From: Candidatus Berkelbacteria bacterium | GTDB lineage: Bacteria; Patescibacteriota; UBA1384; DTJR01 | Length of the DNA: 64,000 nt | NCBI GenBank assembly: GCA_029865605.1 | Contig: JAOUGE010000005.1 | Span: 338 to 64,337, forward strand | Reading direction: 5' to 3' | Part shown: piece by piece, positions 20,065 through 27,341 of the stretch | Numbering within the stretch: position 1 is the first letter of the stretch | Layout: each line of letters opens with the position of its first letter | The notes under the pieces: model-generated | Told to the model about the DNA's origin: nothing | The model's input: only the letters and a program-made list of their open reading frames with translations | The model's database searches: none | Made by a program: the position numbers and the translations under genes

Positions 20065-20713
20065 TAGCGTGGGTTACGATTTGAATAAGTTAAGGGGCCC
20101 TAGAGAATATCGCCCCCCGCATTTTTTAGTTTCAACTTTTAGAAATCTCAGCCTGATCATATTTTTTTCTGCCCTCGTTTTTGTGAGCGTTAATCTGCCG
20201 GCTTACTGGATTATTGCCAAATATCGTTTTAGCCCACCCAGTGAAGAGACTATTTTGGCAAGGTCTAGTGAGCTTAAAGAAAACTTGGTCACTCAATATC
20301 CTAACAATACCCTTGTTATCCCCAAGATTAATCTTCAAGCTCCCGTCAATTGGGATACGTCAGAAGCGGAAGTGATGTCGGCTTTGGAAAGGGGCGTTGT
20401 TCACGTTAAGGGTTCGGGTCTGCCGGGGGAGAAAAAGAGCATATTTATTACTGGACACAGCTCTAATTATTGGTGGAAAAGTGGCGATTTTAACACGATT
20501 TTTGCTCTTCTGCCGGAGCTGGCGGTTGATGATGAGGCTTTCATTGTTAAGGACGGTAAAATTACTAGATATAAGGTGGTGGAAAGGGTTGAAGTTGGGA
20601 AGAAGGAGGTCGTCTCTTACGCCGAGCGAAAAGAAGAGGAACTAACTCTTATGACTTGTTATCCGGTAGGCACGAACCTGAAGCGTCTTTTGATTATTGC
20701 CCGGCCGATTTGA
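20051..20713 (+). CDS. Sortase family transpeptidase (second copy)
   Basis: Start set at ATG 20051 (MALVD...). TM anchor, FITGHSS His motif and LTLMTCYPVG Cys motif. Confidence 0.75.
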   Translation: MALVDSVGYDLNKLRGPREYRPPHFLVSTFRNLSLIIFFSALVFVSVNLPAYWIIAKYRFSPPSEETILARSSELKENLVTQYPNNTLVIPKINLQAPVNWDTSEAEVMSALERGVVHVKGSGLPGEKKSIFITGHSSNYWWKSGDFNTIFALLPELAVDDEAFIVKDGKITRYKVVERVEVGKKEVVSYAERKEEELTLMTCYPVGTNLKRLLIIARPI

Positions 20714-20746
20714 TTGTTATTGCAGAATTATTTACAATAGATATTA

Positions 20747-21055
20747 ATGAGGAAATTTTTAATTATATTTGCCGTTTTGGCTTTCAGTGCTCTTTCGGCA
20801 GTTATTGCTCGGGCTCAAACAGAGCCGCCAACCCCAAACCTCCCGATTGAGAGCGAGACGGCTACTTCAGCTTATGATGCGTATGAAGGTGACGATAGCT
20901 ATGCCTATTCCACCATAACTGTAACCTCACAAGAGGCAATAGATGATGCTGAAACAGGTTCAGAAATAGTTGTCCTTGGCGCCCTATCGCTTTTGGCAGG
21001 AATCGGACTTTTCTTAATCAAAAGATATTTTGACCTAAAGAAATACTCGATCTAG
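20747..21055 (+). CDS. Small secreted protein with a C-terminal sorting-signal-like tail
   Basis: Signal peptide MRKFLIIFAVLAFSALSAVIARA. The C-terminus is DAETG, then a hydrophobic stretch (SEIVVLGALSLLAGIGLFLI), then KRYFDLKK. Confidence 0.6.
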   Translation: MRKFLIIFAVLAFSALSAVIARAQTEPPTPNLPIESETATSAYDAYEGDDSYAYSTITVTSQEAIDDAETGSEIVVLGALSLLAGIGLFLIKRYFDLKKYSI

Positions 21056-21111
21056 GATATGGCTAACAGCTGCTAGCTGTAAGCTGATTTGATTATTGCT
21101 ATAATCAAGCT

Positions 21112-22578
21112 ATGGAAGATCCTTTTGGGTTGGCATCGCCCTCTAATTTTCGAAACCAAAAAGAAGGCAGAGCAAGCTCCCCCAAGAGATATTTTTGGGT
21201 TATGGGAGCTATGCTTGGTGTGATTACCCTTCTCTCTTTCGGGCTGTTTTTTGCGTTTAGGGGGAAGATTTCGGCTGATGTTAACGGGGCTAATTATCAA
21301 GCGAGTGTGGCTGTTTCCGGATTGCCCCAAGAGCTCACTTCGGGAGAGCAATTTCTTGCCTCTGTTTCTCTAAACAATAAGAAGGGTTCGACGATTCGCT
21401 CGGGCTTTATTTTAGTTCAGGGCTCTGGGGTGGACCTTAGCGAAACCCTATCGCTCTCGCAGAATCTGTCATCAAGCGAGGTCGGCTATGTTCGGCGCCT
21501 AAACTCCGAGGAGGAAGCTTTGTTTGAAGAAAAAGGGGAGAGCGGTTTTTATCTTTTCGTTGGGGATTTAGCCAAGGATCAAACCAAGTCAAATCAATTT
21601 AAAGGGACTGTTTCAGCGACCGGCAGCTCCCGGGTAAAGCTTGAGGTTAAATATTATGTTAAAAGCGATCTTCAGACGAACTGCGGTTTTCTAGGCCTTT
21701 CTAAGTGTTCACAGGAATCCAAATATACTCAAGTCGGTTACGCTGTCGCGACAGTTAGTCTGTCCGACCAGGGCAAAATTAAGCTAAGAGTGGGTTATAA
21801 TTTTATCACCTTGCCTTACGTTTTTACTCTGTCGGCCGCCCAGTCATTTTTGGGCAGTTTGGATAGCGGAAAATGGGCCTATTATTTTGACCCCACTTCG
21901 GGCGGTTACATCGATTTGAACTCGGGCAATAATGCCGAGAAGTTGAAGCCCGGCGTCGGCTTCTGGGTCAAAGTTGCCAAGGAGGGTGACTATGCTCTCC
22001 CCTCGCCTCGGGTGGACTCCAATATTTCCGAGAGCTATTCTGTGCCTTTAGCAATCGGCGAGAACCATATTGGCAACCCTTATCCGAAGCGGATAATCTG
22101 GTCGGGAACAGACATTTTAGTCCAAGAGCTGGATGACGCCGGCGAGGCAACCGGTATCAGCTATTCGCTCAAAACGGCAATCGATAATCAAATCATCGGC
22201 GGCGGTTATGTTATTAGCTATAAAAGTTTTACCGATTCTACTGGGACGACAAATGATCTCTCAAGCCTGATTGAGTATAAACCTTTGCCGCTCGGTTCGT
22301 ATTTGAATTCGACCATGGGACTGACTATTCAGAGTACAAAAATGGTCAACTTAGTTTTCCCCGGCCGCGCGGTTATCGCTCCGGGTGATCTTTTATCTGA
22401 CTCTGAAATGAGAAAAATTGAGGAGTGGATTATCAAGAACGGCCTTAATCAATTTGGTGATCCCTCCGGGACAGCTTATTCTTCAGGTACACCCCTGATT
22501 GACAGTGCTACCGGCTGGCCGATTGACCGCTATGATTATATTGTTTCAAAGCACTCCGATAGGCCGTGGAACCGTTGA
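21112..22578 (+). CDS. Hypothetical membrane-anchored extracellular protein
   Basis: 488-aa ORF with an N-terminal TM segment. TATAAT lies at about 21098. Confidence 0.5.
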   Translation: MEDPFGLASPSNFRNQKEGRASSPKRYFWVMGAMLGVITLLSFGLFFAFRGKISADVNGANYQASVAVSGLPQELTSGEQFLASVSLNNKKGSTIRSGFILVQGSGVDLSETLSLSQNLSSSEVGYVRRLNSEEEALFEEKGESGFYLFVGDLAKDQTKSNQFKGTVSATGSSRVKLEVKYYVKSDLQTNCGFLGLSKCSQESKYTQVGYAVATVSLSDQGKIKLRVGYNFITLPYVFTLSAAQSFLGSLDSGKWAYYFDPTSGGYIDLNSGNNAEKLKPGVGFWVKVAKEGDYALPSPRVDSNISESYSVPLAIGENHIGNPYPKRIIWSGTDILVQELDDAGEATGISYSLKTAIDNQIIGGGYVISYKSFTDSTGTTNDLSSLIEYKPLPLGSYLNSTMGLTIQSTKMVNLVFPGRAVIAPGDLLSDSEMRKIEEWIIKNGLNQFGDPSGTAYSSGTPLIDSATGWPIDRYDYIVSKHSDRPWNR

Positions 22579-22581
22579 GGC

Positions 22582-22878
22582 CTAAACATTAATGTTTAAA
22601 GCTTGCGAGATCCAAGCTCCTAACTTAAGGATGAAGTCTGTTTTGATGTTTACCAAATAAACAGCAATGATTATTATCACTAACAGACCGATCGTTAGAA
22701 GAATTTTTTTAATGTCTTTTTTGACTCGAGTCGCCTCTTCGCAGCGTTGCTCGAGTTCTCTTGGCTGCTCTTTATCTACAGCTTCGGCTCTTTCTTCAGC
22801 TCTAGCCATCTCTCTCTCTTGAGCGGCCGCTTGGGCCCTCAAGAGCTTTTTAATCTTATGCTTTTTCTTTTTACCCAT
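22582..22878 (-). CDS. Hypothetical protein with a charged N-terminus and a C-terminal TM segment
   Basis: 98-aa ORF that is K/R/E rich and then contains ILLTIGLLVIIIIAVYLV. Confidence 0.4.
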   Translation of the reverse strand: MGKKKKHKIKKLLRAQAAAQEREMARAEERAEAVDKEQPRELEQRCEEATRVKKDIKKILLTIGLLVIIIIAVYLVNIKTDFILKLGAWISQALNINV

Positions 22879-22880
22879 GA

Positions 22881-23129
22881 TTATTGAATACTATTTTTTA
22901 TTTGCTTTTTCAAATCTTCTTTTGGTTTATGTTCTTTGAGCTGTTTCTCTCTTTTGGCAGCGTCTTTTTTACTTAGGTAGCTTTCTAGGTAGACCAATTT
23001 GACAGGCAATTTAGATCTTGTTGATTTAACAAGTCCTTTTTTGTGTCTATTAATCCTGATTTTAACATCGGAGCATGAACCAATATACAGATCTCCGTTT
23101 GCGCATTTTAACGCATAAACTTGGTACAT
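22881..23129 (-). CDS. GIY-YIG nuclease domain protein
   Basis: Start moved to MYQVYALKCANGDLYIGSCSDVKIRINRH (GIY-YIG motifs). The longer track ORF would overlap tRNA-Cys. Confidence 0.7.
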   Translation of the reverse strand: MYQVYALKCANGDLYIGSCSDVKIRINRHKKGLVKSTRSKLPVKLVYLESYLSKKDAAKREKQLKEHKPKEDLKKQIKNSIQ

Positions 23130-23141
23130 AATTTTGGCTTT

Positions 23142-23215
23142 TGGAGGCATCGCCGGGATTTGCACCCGGGTAAACGGTTTTGCAGACCGTTGCCTGACTA
23201 CTCGGCCACGATGCC
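23142..23215 (-). tRNA. tRNA-Cys (GCA)
   Basis: Minus strand reads GGCATCG TG GCCGAGTAGTCAGGC A ACGGT CTGCAAA ACCGT TTAC CCGGG TGCAAAT CCCGG CGATGCC T CCA. Confidence 0.85.
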
Positions 23216-23244
23216 AAAATTATGTTTGTTATTTAAGCTATCAA

Positions 23245-23317
23245 GCGGTTTTGTCCTGCGGAGCAGGATCTAGCTTTGCTACGACAGACCGTTGTGTAAC
23301 CACTCCACCACCAGGCC
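23245..23317 (-). pseudogene. tRNA-Cys-like 5' half with a 31-nt insert in the anticodon loop; no T-arm or 3' acceptor strand
   Basis: Minus strand reads GGCCTGG TG GTGGAGTGGTTACAC A ACGGT CTG[31 nt]CAAA ACCGC. It shares CAACGGTCTG and CAAAACCG with the adjacent tRNA-Cys. Confidence 0.55.
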
Positions 23318-23391
23318 GACAGCCAAATCTTATCAGATTTAAGGCGAAAAAAAAGACCGCCTAAGCGGTATGGCGGCCCGGCTCGAGCCCC

Positions 23392-23619
23392 CTACGGGAA
23401 GTAGGGGAACTCGGCCGGGCCGTGGACGATCTTGACTTGGGCCAAGGCGCGGTTAATCACGCCGAAGGCCCAGTCGATCTGGGGCCAGATCACGAGCGTC
23501 AGGGACGCCCCGACTAAGGCCCAGACCCAGCACATGGGGCTGGGTGTTACGGGTTGGGCGGCTGCGAACGGCCACAGCGCCCACCACGCGAGAACGGCGA
23601 GAGCTGCCTTCCAGTTCAT
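23392..23619 (-). CDS. GC-rich small hydrophobic protein (islet 2)
   Basis: 75-aa ORF with AGGAG 7 nt upstream of the ATG and two TM-like segments. A GC hairpin GGCCCGGC...GCCGGGCC lies downstream. Confidence 0.5.
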   Translation of the reverse strand: MNWKAALAVLAWWALWPFAAAQPVTPSPMCWVWALVGASLTLVIWPQIDWAFGVINRALAQVKIVHGPAEFPYFP

Positions 23620-23825
23620 CAGTTGGCTCCTTCCGCTTCAGGGCGCGGCTACCCTAATGTCTTATCAAACATCGCGCCTTCGGAGTTCTACCCCCTCCAG
23701 CGTGACCATTATTTATACCATATTTCTTGATAAAAGTCAAGTCCTGACAGGTTAAAGTTATCGGATCAAAGTTTTTTACTGGGAATATTTACAAAAATGT
23801 ATTTTAAGATACAATTAGACCTGTT

Positions 23826-23900
23826 GCGGGTGTCGTATAGCGGTTATTACACGTGCTTGCCAAGCACGAGAGGGCGGTTCAATTCCGCTCACCCGCTCCA
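23826..23900 (+). tRNA. tRNA-Gly (GCC)
   Basis: GCGGGTG/CACCCGC acceptor stem, anticodon arm CGTGC-TTGCCAA-GCACG, T-arm GGCGG-TTCAATT-CCGCT, encoded CCA. Confidence 0.9.
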
Positions 23901-24039
23901 ACGAGATGGCCTTTAGGCCATTTTTCGTTGGAGCACCCTGCCGAGAATTGAAGGCCGGACCCCGCCACGGCGGGGGAGGCGGGGTCGCGAAATTTACCAG
24001 CAGGTAAATATTTGTGACCAATTCCGCTCACCCGCTCCA
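23901..24039 (+). repeat. tRNA-3'-flank structured element, copy C
   Basis: CGTTGGAGC is antisense of ...GCTCCAACG. It is followed by a linker, then GAATTGAA (antisense of the T-loop), GGCCGGA, hairpin CCCCGC-CACG-GCGGGG, GAGGCGGGGTCG, hairpin AAATTTACC-AGCA-GGTAAATATTT and GTGAC. It ends in a 21-nt exact repeat (24019-24039 = 23880-23900). Confidence 0.85.
23906..23925 (+). terminator. Terminator-like hairpin between tRNA-Gly and the antisense arm of element C
   Basis: ATGGCC-TTTA-GGCCAT followed by TTTTT. Confidence 0.6.
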
Positions 24040-24045
24040 GCCAGA

Positions 24046-24066
24046 ATCGCCGAAGGCGATTTTTTG
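24046..24066 (+). terminator. Intrinsic terminator after element C
   Basis: ATCGCC-GAA-GGCGAT followed by TTTTTT. Confidence 0.7.
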
Positions 24067-24156
24067 TTTGTTAATTCTTGACTTATTTTGAAATAAAAAG
24101 TACTATTTTCTCTTAACCCATGAAGTCCCCGAAGATGGGTTCTTTATGGGTGATAT

Positions 24157-25038
24157 TTGACATTACATTCCGCGCCGCCCGCAGGGCGGCGCACCAAGGA
24201 GGAACCGCTTTATGATTTACCCCGCCGAGGCGGACGGCCGCCGGTCAACGACGAGTGGCGAGTGGAGTACTGCGACGGCCTATGCTGCGGCGTCTCGGCG
24301 ACATACGAGTTGCACTGGGCACTGACCGGTAACTGCTTCGATATCGAAGCCGAGATCGTCCGCCACGTCGCTCTAGCAGACAAGAGCGACGAGGGGTGGG
24401 TAACCGTTCTGACTCGTACCGACGAGATCAGAGCATTGGCGGACAGCTCCGTCGCGCAGCTTGAACACATCAACCCGCTGGCGCCGGTCGGCTCGCGCGT
24501 CATCCTTCCGTGGCCGCGGGTTGACTGCGTCATCGACCGCGACGGAACGACGTCGCCTTACGCTAACCCCTTCGTCGAAGTCACGGGGGAAGCCCTGGCA
24601 GGCCGCAAGAAGGAGCACTGCTTCTTCACCCATATCCGGCCTGACGATGATGGCTGGGTGGCCGCGGCGCTTCAGGGTCCCAAGGGAACGGGGATCGGCG
24701 TGCGCTCCAAGTACGACAAGCGGTTGCCCTTCTTCTCTGTCTGGTTCTCCCGCACGGGCAAGAAGGGCGTGGCGGCAATCGGCCTTGAGCCGGGTCCACT
24801 GCCGCTCGGCGCGGCAGAGACAGATCGACTCGAGATGAGGGCTGTCCTCGAGGGGGGAGAGGAGATGACGCGCATGACTGAACTCTACTTCCTCGATACT
24901 TCCGAGAGGATGACAACCTTCCTCGAGAGCAACGGGATGAGCGCTGGCTCGCTTCCCAAGCAGTTCGAGAAGATCGGCACCGACAAGAAGGACTGGCCGA
25001 CGCTCTGCAGGGCGGCTGGTATCAACGGCAAGCGCTAG
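24157..25038 (+). CDS. GC-rich hypothetical protein (islet 3); 5' end probably frameshifted
   Basis: 293-codon ORF whose third positions are mostly G/C. No credible in-frame start: the listed TTG is itself the TTGACA box. AAGGAGG (24196-24202) plus ATG 24212 lie in another frame that stops at 24325. Confidence 0.5.
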   Translation: MTLHSAPPAGRRTKEEPLYDLPRRGGRPPVNDEWRVEYCDGLCCGVSATYELHWALTGNCFDIEAEIVRHVALADKSDEGWVTVLTRTDEIRALADSSVAQLEHINPLAPVGSRVILPWPRVDCVIDRDGTTSPYANPFVEVTGEALAGRKKEHCFFTHIRPDDDGWVAAALQGPKGTGIGVRSKYDKRLPFFSVWFSRTGKKGVAAIGLEPGPLPLGAAETDRLEMRAVLEGGEEMTRMTELYFLDTSERMTTFLESNGMSAGSLPKQFEKIGTDKKDWPTLCRAAGINGKR

Positions 25039-25090
25039 GGCGGCCGAAGGCCGCCCCGGATCTGATCACATCTGTGCGGGGGAACTCACT

Positions 25091-25246
25091 ATGCCGCGTA
25101 AGCCCCGCAAGGTTATCGAGGAAGAAAATGCGTGCGAGCGCCGCTCGCGCCCCAGGCGCTACGTCTCGGCCCGCTCTTATGTCCATCATAAGGATTGGGA
25201 AGACGGAGGCCGACGTAAGGCCAAAGGAAAGGAGCATTCCTGGTGA
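25091..25246 (+). CDS. Possible small Arg/Lys-rich protein (51 aa, GC-rich)
   Basis: ATG-to-TGA ORF MPRKPRKVIEEENACERRSRPRRY... with G/C-biased third positions. A strong terminator follows. It is below the ORF-track length cutoff. Confidence 0.35.
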   Translation: MPRKPRKVIEEENACERRSRPRRYVSARSYVHHKDWEDGGRRKAKGKEHSW

Positions 25247-25264
25247 GCACACGCTCACCCCCAC

Positions 25265-25300
25265 GGGCCCCGCCATTGGCGGGGCCCGAGTTGTTTTTGT
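25265..25300 (+). terminator. Intrinsic terminator closing islet 3
   Basis: GGGCCCCGCC-ATT-GGCGGGGCCC followed by a T-rich tract, GAGTTGTTTTTGTTT. Confidence 0.75.
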
Positions 25301-25433
25301 TTAATTTTTTGCTGGAGACTAGAGCCTAAAAGACTAGAGACTATTTTCCCCCCAAACAAACCCCGAAAATTAACCAAGAAAATGGGGTTTACCCCTTGAC
25401 AAGGTATTTTTTTTAAGTACACTAGTTGGCGTT

Positions 25434-25667
25434 ATGTTGAAAGCATTCTCCATCATAGAGTTGGTCACCGCGGTTTCGCTTATTGCAGCTGTGCTTTTGC
25501 AGCACCGCGGGACGGGACTCGGCGGGGCGTTTGCGTCGGAAGCGAACGCCTTCAGATCAAAAAGAGGGATTGAAAAATTTCTTTATAACTCGACGATCAC
25601 CATCGCCATTGTTTTGTGTGCGACCGTCCTAGCGCATCTTTTCTTGCGCCTCAAGCTTTCGGCCTAA
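25434..25667 (+). CDS. secG: Preprotein translocase subunit SecG
   Basis: 77 aa with two TM helices and LLQHRGTGLGGAFAS...FRSKRGIEKFL, typical of SecG. Confidence 0.75.
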   Translation: MLKAFSIIELVTAVSLIAAVLLQHRGTGLGGAFASEANAFRSKRGIEKFLYNSTITIAIVLCATVLAHLFLRLKLSA

Positions 25668-25675
25668 ATTTCCAA

Positions 25676-27019
25676 ATGGAAATACCACTGCGCGGCATCA
25701 GTCGCGTCAAACCTACATCGCTTATCTACATCTTAAAAAACTGGAAGAATTGCCTTAATTTTTTGGAGAAAGCGGTCATAATTCTTTTGGCTCTCTTTGT
25801 CGTTTTGACTTCCTGGCGCTGGGTTTTGGCGGCGGGAGAGTTTAAGGGGATTGTGCCGCGTCGCGGAGGTAGTTTTATTGAAGGGGTCGCAGGATTAAAT
25901 GTTGACGGTTTTGACCCAGGGCGTTTGACCAAGTCAGCCTTGGTAAAAATCGACCCAAGCGGTCAAGTAATGGCCGACGTTGCCCAGAGTTGGGAAGTAT
26001 CTGCCGATAAGCTCACTTACAAGTTTGTTATTAATCCAAAATATTCCGCTTATGAGTTAGCGGACATTTTGTCTAAAAACCCGACTTATCTTGGTGGAGC
26101 TATGCCTGAGGTTTTAGATAACAGTATTTTGGCTTTCAAACTTGATGAACCGGATAATGATTTTTTGCAGAACTTTTCAAAACCTATTTTTCCCTATGGT
26201 CCCTACAAAATTGATAAAAAAACAAAAAATGAGATTCGCTTGAAACCCAACAAGGATTATCATCTCCAGTCTCCATATATCGAAAAATTTGTTATTCGGG
26301 GCTATCAGGACCAAACCGCGCTTGAGAAGGCGGCAAAAAAGAACAAGATTACTGCCGCTATAGGCCTTGAGAGCTTGCCCAAGGATTGGCAGCAAGCAAA
26401 GACTATCTTAAGCAAAAAACACATTCTTTTTGTTAACAGTTCAAAATCATATCTCAAAAAAACTGCCATCAGAGAAAAAATTCTAAACGGTGAGAAACCG
26501 GAGACCATTCAGACTCTTGATCTTCTTGAGGTTAACGGGAACGGTCAGGATCAGGAATACGAGGCGCTTAAAGAAAAGCTCAAAGCTTCCGGCATTGATT
26601 TGAAGGTGAGACAGATAGGTCTGAAGGATGCGCTTTTGCAGGAATTGCCGAAAAGAAATTACGATCTTCTCTATATCTTGGTTGATGTGGGCGTGGCTTC
26701 TGATCCGCGTCAGCTCTGGAGTTCAACTCAGAGAAGCGGCGAGGGGCAAAATTTTGCCGAACTGGCCAATGCCGATATTGATGATTTGACTTATGAGTAC
26801 GCAAAGACCGATGATCCAACCAAAAAAGCAACGATTGCAGAAAAAATTAACGAGCTTATCGCCCGCGAAAAAGTTGCTGTTGAGTATAAGAATTTGGAAT
26901 TTAACTATGCTGTTTCTCCTAAGTTGAAAGGTTTTACTATTCCACAAGCGTCTTATTGCGAGTCTGGCCGGTTTGATTTTGCTTCTTCGTGGTATTTCTA
27001 CGAGAAGAAACAGCGATAG
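25676..27019 (+). CDS. Extracellular solute-binding protein (ABC family-5-like)
   Basis: Start set at ATG 25676. N-terminal TM/signal anchor. General resemblance to peptide/nickel-binding SBPs. Confidence 0.5.
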   Translation: MEIPLRGISRVKPTSLIYILKNWKNCLNFLEKAVIILLALFVVLTSWRWVLAAGEFKGIVPRRGGSFIEGVAGLNVDGFDPGRLTKSALVKIDPSGQVMADVAQSWEVSADKLTYKFVINPKYSAYELADILSKNPTYLGGAMPEVLDNSILAFKLDEPDNDFLQNFSKPIFPYGPYKIDKKTKNEIRLKPNKDYHLQSPYIEKFVIRGYQDQTALEKAAKKNKITAAIGLESLPKDWQQAKTILSKKHILFVNSSKSYLKKTAIREKILNGEKPETIQTLDLLEVNGNGQDQEYEALKEKLKASGIDLKVRQIGLKDALLQELPKRNYDLLYILVDVGVASDPRQLWSSTQRSGEGQNFAELANADIDDLTYEYAKTDDPTKKATIAEKINELIAREKVAVEYKNLEFNYAVSPKLKGFTIPQASYCESGRFDFASSWYFYEKKQR

Positions 27020-27072
27020 CCATAGGGCCTCGACAATCTGTTCTATATCTAGTAAAATTTTGCTAAAACAAA

Positions 27073-27319
27073 GGGCAAGTGGTGAAATGGTATACACGCT
27101 AGCTTCAGGAGCTAGTGACCGCAAGGCCGTGGCTTCGCGAGGGTGGAACTCGCGAAAATACCTTGTATTTGTGCCGAAGTGGTGGAATGGTAGACACGCA
27201 GCGTTCAGAGCGCTGTGAGCGCAAGCTCGTGAGAGTTCAAATCTCTCCTTCGGCACCATCTATAATTTCGAATCCGCAACATTAGTTTTTCGTTCCACCC
27301 GAAAAACGCTTGCCCACCA
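27073..27319 (+). pseudogene. Split outer tRNA-Leu(CAG) interrupted by a nested intact tRNA-Leu(CAG)
   Basis: The 5' part (27073-27132) has acceptor GGGCAAG, a D-arm, anticodon arm CTAGC-TTCAGGA-GCTAG and a variable arm. A T-loop remnant TTCGAATCCGCA lies at 27267-27278. A perfect 3' acceptor CTTGCCC-A-CCA lies at 27309-27319. Hairpins at 27134-27156 and 27285-27307 have complementary loops. Confidence 0.6.
27173..27258 (+). tRNA. tRNA-Leu (CAG), class II
   Basis: GCCGAAG/CTTCGGC acceptor stem, anticodon arm CAGCG-TTCAGAG-CGCTG, long variable arm, T-arm GAGAG-TTCAAAT-CTCTC, encoded CCA. Confidence 0.85.
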
Positions 27320-27341
27320 GAATTAAACTTTTAACTGATTT

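Noticed and set aside
23245-23317. Group I or archaeal-type intron in a functional tRNA-Cys
   Set aside because: The 31-nt insert is far too short for a group I intron. It is not at the canonical 37/38 position, and the gene lacks a T-arm and 3' acceptor strand. It is therefore called a pseudogene fragment.
27110-27130. GTGACC-GCAAGGCCG in the outer tRNA-Leu as a circular-junction footprint of the flank element (3' GTGACC joined to 5' AAGGCCG)
   Set aside because: The segment aligns position-for-position with the ordinary class II variable arm of the inner tRNA-Leu (GTGAGC-GCAA-GCTCGTG). The resemblance to the element termini is most simply coincidental or reflects distant common ancestry.
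26723-27259. 178-aa minus-strand ORF
   Set aside because: It runs antisense through the end of the solute-binding protein gene and across the tRNA-Leu locus. The region is better explained by the tRNA genes.
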